This document shows, piece after piece, positions 38,082 through 48,346 of a stretch of 64,000 nt of DNA. The stretch's first letter is position 1. Every line of letters begins with the position of its first letter. The notes under the pieces are model-generated. The model saw nothing but the letters and a program-made list of their open reading frames with translations, had not been told where the DNA came from and made no database searches. Made by a program: the position numbers and the translations under genes. The DNA is from an uncultured archaeon (GTDB lineage: Archaea; Thermoproteota; Nitrososphaeria; JACIWG01): positions 6,774 to 70,773 of the forward strand of contig CALHLD010000010.1 in the NCBI GenBank assembly GCA_938034445.1, read 5' to 3'.

Positions 38082-39602
38082 CTAAAATTCAGGATAAGTT
38101 GAAAGAAGCATACCTTCAACAACTATTGGACGACTACTATTACATATAGAAATTGCCTCTTGAAGTTTAGTAGCACGTTCAGCATATATTTCCATTAGAA
38201 CTTGGCCTTTTTCAACCTTATATCCTTGTTTTGCATAAATCATTATACCAGCACCCTTTTCAAGAGGGGCGCCAGCAGCTCGTCCTATAGCATTAATCAC
38301 GGTATTATCAACTAAAGTTACGTAGCCATCAGATTCAGCTAAAATCTCATACTTGTAGCTACCAACTGGAATATCATTAGGCTTAATGTTAGGATTACCA
38401 CCTTGATTCTCAATAATTTCTCTAAACTTTTTCAAAGCCCTACCGCTCTTTAATATTTCCATAGCCAGTTTACTACCCTCACCTTTAAACGCGTAACCGG
38501 TCATTTCAAAAATAAGCCCAGCCAATGAAACAGACTTTTCTACAAGACTCTTAGATGCATCCTCCGGACGTTCAAGTGCACTTAGAGCCTCCCTAGCTTC
38601 TAATGCTGGGCCAACAGCCTTCCCAATAGGTTGACCTCCATATGTTACGCCACACCTCACATTAATTCCCATCCTTTTACCAAGTTCAACAAAATCTTGG
38701 GCTAAAGAAAATGCTTCTTCCCTTGTTTTAACCTTTGCACCTCTACCAGTTGGTAAATCAACTACCAGATAAGAGATTCCTTCTGCAGCCTTTTTAGACA
38801 TAATACTTGCAAGCATCTGGGACCTAGGATCAATTTTAAGGGGATATTCGACTCTAATAAAAATGTCATCCGCTGGAGCCAGATTTAAGGCGCCGCCCCA
38901 CACAATTGCACCACCAACTTTCAAAACTATCTTCCTAAGCTCTTCTATGGAAAACTCAACATTTGCTAACACACTCATTGTGTCTGTTGTTCCGGAAGGG
39001 CTTGTTATTGCCTTAGAAGATGTTTTTGGAATAAGGAGACCCGTTGAAGCAACAATGGGCACAATTAGCAATGAAACCTTATTTCCAGGTACACCGCCTA
39101 TACTATGCTTATCAACAGCCTTCCCCGGTAAATCTAGAATATCACCTGTCTTTAACATACTTTTTGCTAAAGCTTCAATTTCATCCATGCTCATTCCATA
39201 AAAATCTTGTGCAAGAAGAAAGGCTGCAATTTCCAATTCATTTAAGTTTAGAGAAACAGCATCTTGTATAATGCTTGAAATTTCTTCCGCAGACAATTTT
39301 TCTCCTCTAAGTTTTTTCCTAATATAAGTTACACTTTGAGGAGTTTTAGCTATTTCAATATTAACTACTTCACCATTTAGTGCACCCAATTCAAGAGCAA
39401 TTTCTTTGTATAAACCTATTTGGCCTTGTGGAACAAGTTCAGGCTCTTCACTAATTTCAACTAAAGCTGTTGTAATTTTGTTTTCATGAACAATCCTTAT
39501 TCTATCGTAAACATTTATCCCTAAGCTTTCTGCATCAAACTTGTTTAAGATAGCCGCTCTCTTACCAGACAATATATTTAATACTCTAACAGATAGTGAC
39601 AT
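38082..39602 (-). CDS. deoA: AMP phosphorylase
   Basis: Archaeal N-terminal extension; DKHSIGGVPGNK, PKTSSKAITSPSGT, WGGALNLAPADD. Confidence 0.93.
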   Translation of the reverse strand: MSLSVRVLNILSGKRAAILNKFDAESLGINVYDRIRIVHENKITTALVEISEEPELVPQGQIGLYKEIALELGALNGEVVNIEIAKTPQSVTYIRKKLRGEKLSAEEISSIIQDAVSLNLNELEIAAFLLAQDFYGMSMDEIEALAKSMLKTGDILDLPGKAVDKHSIGGVPGNKVSLLIVPIVASTGLLIPKTSSKAITSPSGTTDTMSVLANVEFSIEELRKIVLKVGGAIVWGGALNLAPADDIFIRVEYPLKIDPRSQMLASIMSKKAAEGISYLVVDLPTGRGAKVKTREEAFSLAQDFVELGKRMGINVRCGVTYGGQPIGKAVGPALEAREALSALERPEDASKSLVEKSVSLAGLIFEMTGYAFKGEGSKLAMEILKSGRALKKFREIIENQGGNPNIKPNDIPVGSYKYEILAESDGYVTLVDNTVINAIGRAAGAPLEKGAGIMIYAKQGYKVEKGQVLMEIYAERATKLQEAISICNSSRPIVVEGMLLSTYPEF

Positions 39603-39666
39603 CGCTTTAATTTTGTTTGCAATTAAATAAAAACATTAAGATACAAATTTAGGGGAAGGATATAGT

Positions 39667-40281
39667 ATGAGTAACGATGCTATTAAGCTAATGGAAAAAT
39701 GGGAGAAAAGGAAGACCTCGTTTTATAATAGAATGAAGAAAGATATTATATCAGGCTATTTTGATAAGGAAATGGAGCATGTTATAAGGTCACTTTTTAA
39801 GGTAAAAGAGGCATATCCTACAAGTAGTTGTTCTGGAAGACTTTTGATTATATCTTCACGAGTTCCGTGGAAGAAAAGGAATGTGAAAATAGTTTATAAA
39901 ACTCATGAAATAAATGAAAGTTTAAAGCAAGAAGTGTTGGATAAAATTTTTGAATCGGAGGATGAAAATTTATGGCTGTATCTTCAGCCTCCAATAATAC
40001 ATATATCATGTTCTAACTTGGAGACTGCAACAGAATTAATAAAGCTAGCTAGGAATACTGGGTTTAAGGAAAGCAAGATTTTTATGAAAACGGGGACTGG
40101 GTGGCATCTGGAATTAAAGGGTAAAGAGTTACTGGTTGTTCCTATTAAATTAGAAGGCACACTTTTGTTTGAAAAAGAAAAATTAGAAATGGTTATTGAA
40201 GAGACTTTAAGAATATTTAATGATTTCAAGGATAAGATAATAAAATTTGAAATTGCAATTAAAAATACTTTAATAAAATAA
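39667..40281 (+). CDS. taw3: tRNA wyosine-derivative methyltransferase Taw3/TYW3
   Basis: TSSCSGR, QPPIIHI, ARNTGFKES. Confidence 0.88.
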   Translation: MSNDAIKLMEKWEKRKTSFYNRMKKDIISGYFDKEMEHVIRSLFKVKEAYPTSSCSGRLLIISSRVPWKKRNVKIVYKTHEINESLKQEVLDKIFESEDENLWLYLQPPIIHISCSNLETATELIKLARNTGFKESKIFMKTGTGWHLELKGKELLVVPIKLEGTLLFEKEKLEMVIEETLRIFNDFKDKIIKFEIAIKNTLIK

Positions 40282-40299
40282 AAAAAGGAGGGGGCTGTA

Positions 40300-40719
40300 C
40301 TATATTTCTTCTAGTGCTGAAGTGAAAAAGTCGTGGTGCTCTTCTTCATCTTCTAAAATTTCTACAAAAATGTGTGCTGTTGTTGTGTCACCTTCACTTT
40401 TAGCTTTTTCGATTATTGTTTTATACAGTTTTATAGCATTTTCCTCGTCTTTGGCATCTTGTGTAAGCATGTCCTTTAAACTTTCGCCAACAAATATTGG
40501 ATCAGGTTTTGTTGTAGGAATACCTCCAAGATAGAATAGACGTTCAGCGATCATTTCAGCATGCTTCATTTCTTGAATTGCAATTTTCTTAAATTCTTCA
40601 TTTACTGCAAACGCTTTAACCCCTCTCCATTGAACATGCTGCCACATGTATTGTATGCTAACTTGAAGTTCTCTGGCAATAGCAGCATTTAACAGGTTTT
40701 TTAATTCTTCAGACACCAT
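40300..40719 (-). CDS. Ferritin-like (bacterioferritin-type) protein
   Basis: ARELQVSIQY, EMKHAE..AERL..LGGIP, EEEHH. Confidence 0.9.
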   Translation of the reverse strand: MVSEELKNLLNAAIARELQVSIQYMWQHVQWRGVKAFAVNEEFKKIAIQEMKHAEMIAERLFYLGGIPTTKPDPIFVGESLKDMLTQDAKDEENAIKLYKTIIEKAKSEGDTTTAHIFVEILEDEEEHHDFFTSALEEI

Positions 40720-40888
40720 ACTATATCACGTAAAATAATTCATCAATTACGCTTATATAACCATTTCTATTTATCTAGTTAATTTAATATTAAAATTTTT
40801 ACTTTGATATAATTTAAATATTTTAGTGTCTAAAGTTTAAGGGCTAATGGAAATATTAAAAAATATGATTGACACCATGGTGTCTTAA

Positions 40889-41935
40889 ATGCATTTTATA
40901 CAAGAATTGCATGCAAAAATGCCTTTTGAAGATTGTGGCCTATGTGGCCATGTAAGCTGTAGAAAGGCAGCATTAGCTATAGCTAGAGGAGATCTTGATC
41001 CAGAAGCATGTCCCATACTTTTAAATGAAAAAAAGGATGCGTTAGATGAGATATATAAGTTTATTGATGAAGGTATAAAGGATGACGTCGTAGAAGAAAG
41101 AACAGGTATTTCAAGTATAACACCATGTTCTTCAGACCCGTCGAGAGTAATGATAGTTTGTTATCCTAAGAAAGTTGAGGGACTAAAAATAAACCCTTTT
41201 CACGAAAAGCTTCTAAAGGTATTATTTGATAAAGCTACGACATTATATTCAAAATTTTCACCCGAATTAAGTGTATTAAGGGTTGAGAAAGATGATGGAG
41301 AATATTTACTATTTTTTGTTAAGGGAAAGATTGTGGTAAGGCAAGCTGTTTCTGAAGAAAGTGGAAAAAAATTTTTGCAGAAAATATTGAATGTAGCCTG
41401 GCTTTCAAAAACATCATGTGTTCAAGGATACACAATTCTAGATGGACTGTATAATTTATGTAACTGCAGCCAAACGGTAGCAGCAATAGAAGAAGGCCCA
41501 GACAACATATTTTATACGACAAAAAATTTTCAAGGAGAAAAGAATGTCACAGAATTTTTTGAGAAATTTAATCATGCAATTTTTGAAAATTTGACTACAA
41601 GCACTGTAAACAAATATTTACATATTTGTGGATTCAACTTTAAAGAACATCTAAAAAATCTTCAGACATCAGAGACAAGGGAGGAAGCAATATATTGGGC
41701 AAAACTTACGGCAAAATGGCTTGCAATAAATGAGACACTTTCGACTTTCGCAACCAAATATAGTTTTAAAGAGCAAACGAAAATTCTAACAACAATATTC
41801 AAAAGTATGTTATCTAATGAAATTGAATATTTGGACAATCTTTTAGTAACTGCGAGAGACTATTGTTGGCCAAAAAACTTTGTTGTATCAAAAATGGTTT
41901 CACATGCAAAAAGATACTTTTCAGTAAAAATTTAG
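40889..41935 (+). CDS. Protein with N-terminal putative Fe-S cluster domain
   Basis: DCGLCGHVSC...ACP motif; remainder unassigned. Confidence 0.7.
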   Translation: MHFIQELHAKMPFEDCGLCGHVSCRKAALAIARGDLDPEACPILLNEKKDALDEIYKFIDEGIKDDVVEERTGISSITPCSSDPSRVMIVCYPKKVEGLKINPFHEKLLKVLFDKATTLYSKFSPELSVLRVEKDDGEYLLFFVKGKIVVRQAVSEESGKKFLQKILNVAWLSKTSCVQGYTILDGLYNLCNCSQTVAAIEEGPDNIFYTTKNFQGEKNVTEFFEKFNHAIFENLTTSTVNKYLHICGFNFKEHLKNLQTSETREEAIYWAKLTAKWLAINETLSTFATKYSFKEQTKILTTIFKSMLSNEIEYLDNLLVTARDYCWPKNFVVSKMVSHAKRYFSVKI

Positions 41936-41990
41936 ATACAAAAAATAAGTTTTTATTTTTAAAAATATTGACCTTACGCTTGAGTGTAAA

Positions 41991-42947
41991 TTGAAAGATA
42001 GTGAGAGAGAAAAGCTTCTAAAAACTATTATAAAGGATCCATCAATTAAGGAAGTCAAACATTTAGAAGATCTTATAAAATTGTACACTAAAATTTGGGG
42101 GTTTTCTGCAGCAGACCTTATCAAAGCTTCAGAAATTTTTGCAGACATGATTAAAGATAAAGATTGTGTAAAGTTTTTTTCATTTACAGGCAATCTAGTG
42201 TCAACTGGATTTAGAGGCCTTATAAAGGACGTAATTAGGGAAGGGCTGGTTGATGTTATAGTAACCACTTGTGGTTCGATAGATCATGACATAGCAAGAA
42301 CATCGGGTGAAGGCTACTTTACGGGAACATTTGATGTAGATGATAGATATCTTGAAGAGTTACAAATTCACCGATTAGGTAATGTGTTTATTCCATTAGA
42401 AAACTATGGACCTATAGTAGAAAAAATAGTTTACAGAACACTTTCTAAACTCGATAAAGAAAAATATTATGGTATAAGAGAGATAATTGACTTTATTGGT
42501 GAAGAACTAGGAAATGAAGATTCGTTCATATATTGTGCGAGAAAAAGGAATGTACCAATATATGTTCCAGGGTTCTTGGATGGTGCGTTCGGTACTGCAA
42601 TGTTCACGTATTCGACAACAAACAAGATATTGATTGATCCATTCAGGGACCAAAAAGAGTTAGCTGACATAGTTTTTAAGGCAAAAAAGAGTGGGGCAAT
42701 AATTGTTGGTGGTGGCATTAGTAAGCATCATACAATATGGTGGAATCAGTTTAAAGAGGGCTTAGATTACGCAGTATACATTTCAACTGCACAAGAGTTT
42801 GATGGAAGCTTAAGTGGTGCTAGGCCTAGAGAAGCGATTACATGGGGTAAAATAAAGCCAAAGGCAGAATATTGTTTTGTTAATGGTGATGCTACAATAG
42901 TATTTCCGATATTACTGATAATGGTTAAATCACTAATTTCTATTTAA
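41991..42947 (+). CDS. dys: Deoxyhypusine synthase
   Basis: FTGNLVSTG, HRLGN, GGGISKHH, DGSLSGARPREAITWGK. Confidence 0.96.
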   Translation: MKDSEREKLLKTIIKDPSIKEVKHLEDLIKLYTKIWGFSAADLIKASEIFADMIKDKDCVKFFSFTGNLVSTGFRGLIKDVIREGLVDVIVTTCGSIDHDIARTSGEGYFTGTFDVDDRYLEELQIHRLGNVFIPLENYGPIVEKIVYRTLSKLDKEKYYGIREIIDFIGEELGNEDSFIYCARKRNVPIYVPGFLDGAFGTAMFTYSTTNKILIDPFRDQKELADIVFKAKKSGAIIVGGGISKHHTIWWNQFKEGLDYAVYISTAQEFDGSLSGARPREAITWGKIKPKAEYCFVNGDATIVFPILLIMVKSLISI

Positions 42948-43152
42948 TATTCGATGTAATATATTGATAGGTAAGGCTTGTCAATTAATGATGTCATGCA
43001 GGTCAAGTTTGGAAGAATTATGCGACCGTCTTATAATTCTAGGTTCTACCTGCTTGCATTAGATTTAATTTAATCAAGTTGATACTAACAAAATCATATT
43101 CATACCGGATAGAACTTTTTAGAAACCTTTCTGAACCTCTTCATTAAGATTT

Positions 43153-44442
43153 TTAACCTATTAACCTATTTAATTTTAATATTCTATTGTTCAGGTTTCC
43201 TAACCTAAATGCTTTAAAAAATCTTGACATGGCACGGTTAAGGCTGTTTAAAACAATTTTTTCACCATCCACTCCATTAAGTTTTAAGTTACTGTATAAA
43301 TGTTCTCGTGCTCTTTTCACATCTTCTTTCATCCAAACATATCTTGCACCAGTTTGCAAGAGCCATTTCTTTCTCATTTTAGTAAGTTCTTCAAATCTTT
43401 TACCCTCCTCATGCTTGAAAAGCCATTTTCTCCAACGTCCACTTTCTACAATTGAATCATAAAGTACCTTAATAAAATTCGAAGCTTGAAAACTTTTTTC
43501 TTGTGATAAGTTCTGCTCTATTTGCTCCAGTCTTTCAAGTGTATCAAATTCAACTTGAGTGAACTTAGGACCAACATTAGCACCACCCATGCCAGCCTCT
43601 GGATAAAGTTCCAAGTTTTTGACAAAATCAGTATAGTGTCCTTTAACAAAACAATCATATTTACCGGCAACACTAACTAACTCTTTCGCCCTATTAAAGT
43701 CAAGCTTAGGCTCATAAAGACTTGTTCCAATATCACCTACAACAAAACAGGGCCAAACATCAATTTGTTTCTCAACCAATTTTCTCCTAAGCTTAACAAG
43801 AAATTCTTCAAACCTTTCAATAGAAGTTAGACCTCCACTAACTTCTTCGGTGCCTACTTCATAATCTATTTTGGGAAAACCTTTACTTTTTCTAACTTCC
43901 TCAGAAAACTCTATCATTTCAACAGTTCTTGCAACAATTTTGTCAACATCAAGCACCTCATTTTTATGTAATTCTATATCCTTAGTCATATCAATATGCA
44001 AGAGATCGTAGCCCGCGTCGATGCATGCTCCAATAGACTTCTGTAGCCATTTTATACACTCGTCGTAAGACCATCTTTCAACAATCTGCCTATCTTTAAG
44101 CCATGGACCATAGTGGTCTGAAGCCAAAATTATTGGGCCCTCAAATTCTGCCTTCTTACTTTCTTCTAACACAATTTTAACAAAATCATATTGATTCCAT
44201 CCAGTATATCCTCCATCCAAGTCAACCTGATTTAATGTTGTAATAAAAATTATGGGCGCATCATATCTTTTAGCGGTCGCTAACGCAGATTTTATGGTTA
44301 AAATAGAGTTTGCATTTACTGCAAGGAGGGTGAATCTACTTTTATCCATAAGACTGTTGAATTTTAAAATAAATCTTGTTATCGGTACACCCTTTTCTAA
44401 AGCAAAGGACCTAATTCTACTCTTATCTATAGACTCATTCAT
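43153..44442 (-). CDS. GatZ/KbaZ family protein (tagatose-6-phosphate 4-epimerase-like)
   Basis: NQVDLDGGYTG, DHYGPW, LHID, VGTE, GHYTD, ANVGP. Confidence 0.85.
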   Translation of the reverse strand: MNESIDKSRIRSFALEKGVPITRFILKFNSLMDKSRFTLLAVNANSILTIKSALATAKRYDAPIIFITTLNQVDLDGGYTGWNQYDFVKIVLEESKKAEFEGPIILASDHYGPWLKDRQIVERWSYDECIKWLQKSIGACIDAGYDLLHIDMTKDIELHKNEVLDVDKIVARTVEMIEFSEEVRKSKGFPKIDYEVGTEEVSGGLTSIERFEEFLVKLRRKLVEKQIDVWPCFVVGDIGTSLYEPKLDFNRAKELVSVAGKYDCFVKGHYTDFVKNLELYPEAGMGGANVGPKFTQVEFDTLERLEQIEQNLSQEKSFQASNFIKVLYDSIVESGRWRKWLFKHEEGKRFEELTKMRKKWLLQTGARYVWMKEDVKRAREHLYSNLKLNGVDGEKIVLNSLNRAMSRFFKAFRLGNLNNRILKLNRLIG

Positions 44443-44530
44443 AGTATAAATGTATCTTTTGACCCCTTATAAACCTCTTTGCTTCAGGCAATAGAAAAGA
44501 ATTTATTGAACTATAAAAAAATGGTCTAGT

Positions 44531-45076
44531 ATGAAGAATGATGTAGATTTAAGAAAAGCATACAGCCTATTACATCCAAGACCAGTAGTGCTAATTTGTA
44601 CACAGGATAGGAATGGTAAAATAAATGTAATGAGTTGCTCGTGGATAACACCTGTAAGCGATGAACCACCATTAATAGCAGTATCGCTTTGGACAAAAGG
44701 CTATACACACAATATAATTGATGAAACTAAAGAGTTTACTGTAAACATCCCGTCTTCGAAGCTAGTGAAACAAGTTTGGCTTGCTGGAACAAAAAGTGGA
44801 AGAAAAGTTGACAAGACAAAAATTTTAGGCCTAAAATTCACGGGATCAAAAACAGTATCACCTCCAGCCATTGAAGAATGTGTTGGTGTCTTAGAATGTA
44901 AGGTGAAAGAAAGAATAATGTTAAATGAACAAGTACTATATATTGCTGAAATCCAAAGAGCTTGTGCCGAAGAAAACCTATTCAAGAACGACATTTGGAT
45001 AGATGAGGCAAACATACTATTACATACTGGTGGAAAAATTTTTTCAACACCAAAATCTGTTAAAGAATTAGAATAA
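44531..45076 (+). CDS. Flavin reductase family protein
   Basis: LHPRPVVLI, SWITPVS.EPP, EFTVNIP, GTKSGR.VDK, LECKV. Confidence 0.9.
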   Translation: MKNDVDLRKAYSLLHPRPVVLICTQDRNGKINVMSCSWITPVSDEPPLIAVSLWTKGYTHNIIDETKEFTVNIPSSKLVKQVWLAGTKSGRKVDKTKILGLKFTGSKTVSPPAIEECVGVLECKVKERIMLNEQVLYIAEIQRACAEENLFKNDIWIDEANILLHTGGKIFSTPKSVKELE

Positions 45077-45289
45077 TAAAATTTTAATTCAATACTTAAG
45101 GATAATGTTATAGCAAGGGACTCCTTGACAGAAACCAAAACTCGGTATAATGAAGCTATTTATGTGAAAAACTACAAACTTTAGTTGTAGAGAGTGTCAA
45201 ATGCCATTTAAAACATTTTTCATAAGAATAAATGTTTTCAACAGATAAAATTATATAGGTGTATTATAAGTTCTATTATCTGGTGAACA

Positions 45290-46483
45290 ATGGCCTTTAT
45301 TCTAGCCTTTTTTCTCGCGGGACTTATATTGATAGCAGGTTTTCTTTCTGACATTCTCTTTAAAAAAACAAACTTTCCAGACATCTTGATAATGATCTTC
45401 TGCGGCTTCTTGCTTGGGCCTCTTCTAAAAATTATTGATCCTGAAGATTTAGCCCCAATAACGCCACTTTTGGCCTCACTTGCACTTCTTATTATCTTGT
45501 TTGAAGGAGGTTTAAACTTGGACCTATTCAAGGTTTTAACTGAAGCGCCTAGAGCTGTTGTCTTAGCTATTTCAGGAATGATTGCATCCATTTTAGTCAC
45601 ATATGCGTTTACATTCTACTTTCTCAAATGGGATCTTCTGAGCTCAATTTTGCTTGGAACAATAGTAGGTGGCACCTCTTCTTCGATTGTTATTCCAATG
45701 GTAAGACATGCTAATGTTGCTGAAAAGGTTTATACGACATTGTTCTTAGAATCTGTTTTCACAGATGCATTTGTTGTCGTTCTTGGTATAACTTTGCTTC
45801 AAATTTTGAAAACACCTACGGTAGGTGAGAACATGTTTTCTACTGCAGCCGTACAGATAACTGCACAATTTTCTACAGGAATAGTTTTTGGAGCCATTAT
45901 TGGTGTTAGCTGGCTGAGGGTTTTAAGGAGTATAAGAGGTAAACCTTATGATGATATAATGACGTTAACAATTGTACTACTCTTTTACTCAATAGTAGAA
46001 TTTTTAGGAGGAAACGGTGCAATCTTCTCACTAACCTTCGGTCTCATACTTGGAAATGGTAGGGAAATTTGTAGAATGCTAAAAATTCAGGAAACTATTG
46101 AGGCAACAGAAATTATGAAAAAATTTGAGTATCAGATTTCATTTCTTTTAAGGACATTCTTCTTCGTTAACCTAGGGCTCATTCTTTCAGTCTACGATTT
46201 TAAACCATTCTTGTATGGAATAATTTTGACTGGATTACTTTTCATTGGAAGATATGGTGCTGCAATTCTTTCCTCTATAAAGAATCCTGTTTTAAGTAAT
46301 GAGAGAACGCTTATGGCAGTTATGATGCCTCGTGGACTTGCTGCCGCGGTAATGGCTCAGATTGTTTCAACTTCAGGTTTGGAAAATGGTAGTATGTACT
46401 ATGATATAACAATTGCTGTAATAATAATGAGTGTTATATTGACATCTATAGGATTCTATTTAGTGACAAAAAAACGTTCATAA
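45290..46483 (+). CDS. Cation:proton antiporter (NhaP-type)
   Basis: ILFEGGL, ESVFTD, FFVNLG, PRGLAAAV. Confidence 0.9.
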   Translation: MAFILAFFLAGLILIAGFLSDILFKKTNFPDILIMIFCGFLLGPLLKIIDPEDLAPITPLLASLALLIILFEGGLNLDLFKVLTEAPRAVVLAISGMIASILVTYAFTFYFLKWDLLSSILLGTIVGGTSSSIVIPMVRHANVAEKVYTTLFLESVFTDAFVVVLGITLLQILKTPTVGENMFSTAAVQITAQFSTGIVFGAIIGVSWLRVLRSIRGKPYDDIMTLTIVLLFYSIVEFLGGNGAIFSLTFGLILGNGREICRMLKIQETIEATEIMKKFEYQISFLLRTFFFVNLGLILSVYDFKPFLYGIILTGLLFIGRYGAAILSSIKNPVLSNERTLMAVMMPRGLAAAVMAQIVSTSGLENGSMYYDITIAVIIMSVILTSIGFYLVTKKRS

Positions 46484-47074
46484 GTTACTTAACATATTTT
46501 CATTAAATTCACGTAAATTTACTTTTAACACAAGCTCCCTTTCCATGCTATCTATACCCTTTAAAGTGGAAATAAATCCAATTAACATCGATATAATTGC
46601 TTTTTGTATATATGGCTTTATGTTTATCCTTTTTCCGTCAACATATAATTGGGTCGAATCAGCTGGCAATCTAAATATTGCCTCCAAAACCGGCTCTATA
46701 GTTTCCCCAACATTCCATTTAGCAATATAATTTTCTCTAATTACATCGGTTTCTCCAACCAAGACTTTTGGACAAATAAATTCCTTACCTCCTTCAACGA
46801 TTAAGAAATCTACTGGAGGAACAAGCCTTTTAATATCCTCTAAATCTCTTTTGCCAAAAAAAGCTACCGTTTCATTTTCAGCCAATCCTATTGCCATGGA
46901 TGCGCCAGAAGCTAGGTGACGAGCTGTGTCTTTTCCTTTTAAGTCAAAACTTTCAAAATGAGTATGCTTCACGGTACATACAGAATAGCCTTTTGAGGTT
47001 AAAGCTTTTGTTAACTGCTCCACTAATGTTGTCTTCCCCTTACCTGATTCACCGACAACACAAAACACTCTCAT
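46478..47074 (-). CDS. mobB: Molybdopterin-guanine dinucleotide biosynthesis protein B
   Basis: GESGKGKTT, VKH, GKDTARH, VEG. Confidence 0.9.
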   Translation of the reverse strand: MRVFCVVGESGKGKTTLVEQLTKALTSKGYSVCTVKHTHFESFDLKGKDTARHLASGASMAIGLAENETVAFFGKRDLEDIKRLVPPVDFLIVEGGKEFICPKVLVGETDVIRENYIAKWNVGETIEPVLEAIFRLPADSTQLYVDGKRINIKPYIQKAIISMLIGFISTLKGIDSMERELVLKVNLREFNENMLSNL

Positions 47075-47152
47075 ATATAGTCGATTGATGATATAATATT
47101 ATACTTTATATATTTTAAAAAATTTTTAAAAAAATTATAAAATTGTGTTTAT

Positions 47153-48304
47153 ATGGAAAAGAGGGCTTGGAAAACTGGTATGCTCTACCATCATAATTTT
47201 TTCAATAAACTGGGAAACTCAATCATACCATTTTATCTATTTTCATTCTGTTCAGAAACTGCAATGGTCTTAATATCTATATATCTCCCCTACTATTCAT
47301 ACCAACTTAAGGCTACAGAAATTGAAGTAGGCTTAATAGGTGCAGCTTCAGGAATACCCTACATTTTTATCCCATTTGTAGCAGGCAACCTTTCTGATAA
47401 GATTGGAAGAAAGAAGGGGTTAATAGTAGGAACATTAATTGTATTGATATGTTATATTTTATTCTTCTTAATTTCAAGTCCACTTATATTCATTCCAGTT
47501 AGAGTTATTGAAGGTGTAGGCTGGTCTTTTGTTTGGCCGTCTATGGAGGCAATATTAGGTGGAGATAAGAGAAAGTTGCAGGTATATAATATTATGTGGG
47601 GGATTGGTGCTACTGTTGCACCATATTTAGGGGGCACTTTTTACCAAATTTTTGGTGCAAAAAATATTCTTTTATTAACAATTGGTCTTATGCTGTCAGC
47701 AATATTATTATCTAGACTGGGAAAATATAACATAGATATTAGTTATGTCAGGGGAAATAGGGTGGAGATAAATAATTTTAAAGTTAATAGCATTTTATTC
47801 TTTCCATTCGTTTATGGAATTATCAGCTTCATAATGCTCACCTTCTTTCCAATTTATGCTGAAGAAACAGCAATTTCTTTAAATGTTTCAGGACTAGTTC
47901 TAAGTTTAATGAACTTGGGACGGTTAATAGCGTTTATCGTGTCAAACAACAAAGTGTTCGAGAAAGAAACAGTGCAATCAGCGCTCACCATATTTTTAGG
48001 CCTACTACCTCTAGGGCTAGTGTTTTATGCAAATGAACTATTTTTACTTCCACTCTTTTTTTCAATAGGCTTCTCTTTGGGCATAACATATGCACAAGCA
48101 TTATCAAAAATTCTATCAATTTCAGAAGTGAAAAGAGGATATTATGCAGGACTTTTTGAATCATTTCTAGGATTAGGTGCCTTCCTAGGCCCTTTCGTAG
48201 GTGGTATCATAGCAAATATTTCAATAAGTTACATCTTCATCACACCAACGATTATTGTAATTCCTTTCATAATATTAAAGAAAGCAAAAAATTTTATGCA
48301 TTAA
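47153..48304 (+). CDS. MFS transporter
   Basis: GNLSDKIGRK motif A; about 12 TM segments. Confidence 0.88.
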   Translation: MEKRAWKTGMLYHHNFFNKLGNSIIPFYLFSFCSETAMVLISIYLPYYSYQLKATEIEVGLIGAASGIPYIFIPFVAGNLSDKIGRKKGLIVGTLIVLICYILFFLISSPLIFIPVRVIEGVGWSFVWPSMEAILGGDKRKLQVYNIMWGIGATVAPYLGGTFYQIFGAKNILLLTIGLMLSAILLSRLGKYNIDISYVRGNRVEINNFKVNSILFFPFVYGIISFIMLTFFPIYAEETAISLNVSGLVLSLMNLGRLIAFIVSNNKVFEKETVQSALTIFLGLLPLGLVFYANELFLLPLFFSIGFSLGITYAQALSKILSISEVKRGYYAGLFESFLGLGAFLGPFVGGIIANISISYIFITPTIIVIPFIILKKAKNFMH

Positions 48305-48346
48305 AAGTTTTTATTTAGGAATAGTGGATTCTGTTTTTGAAAGTTA

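Noticed and set aside
42990-43060. Hairpin (GCAGGT/ACCTGC, AGAATTAT/ATAATTCT) after dys as a possible sRNA
   Set aside because: Stems are short and AT-rich, with no clear C/D boxes or promoter.
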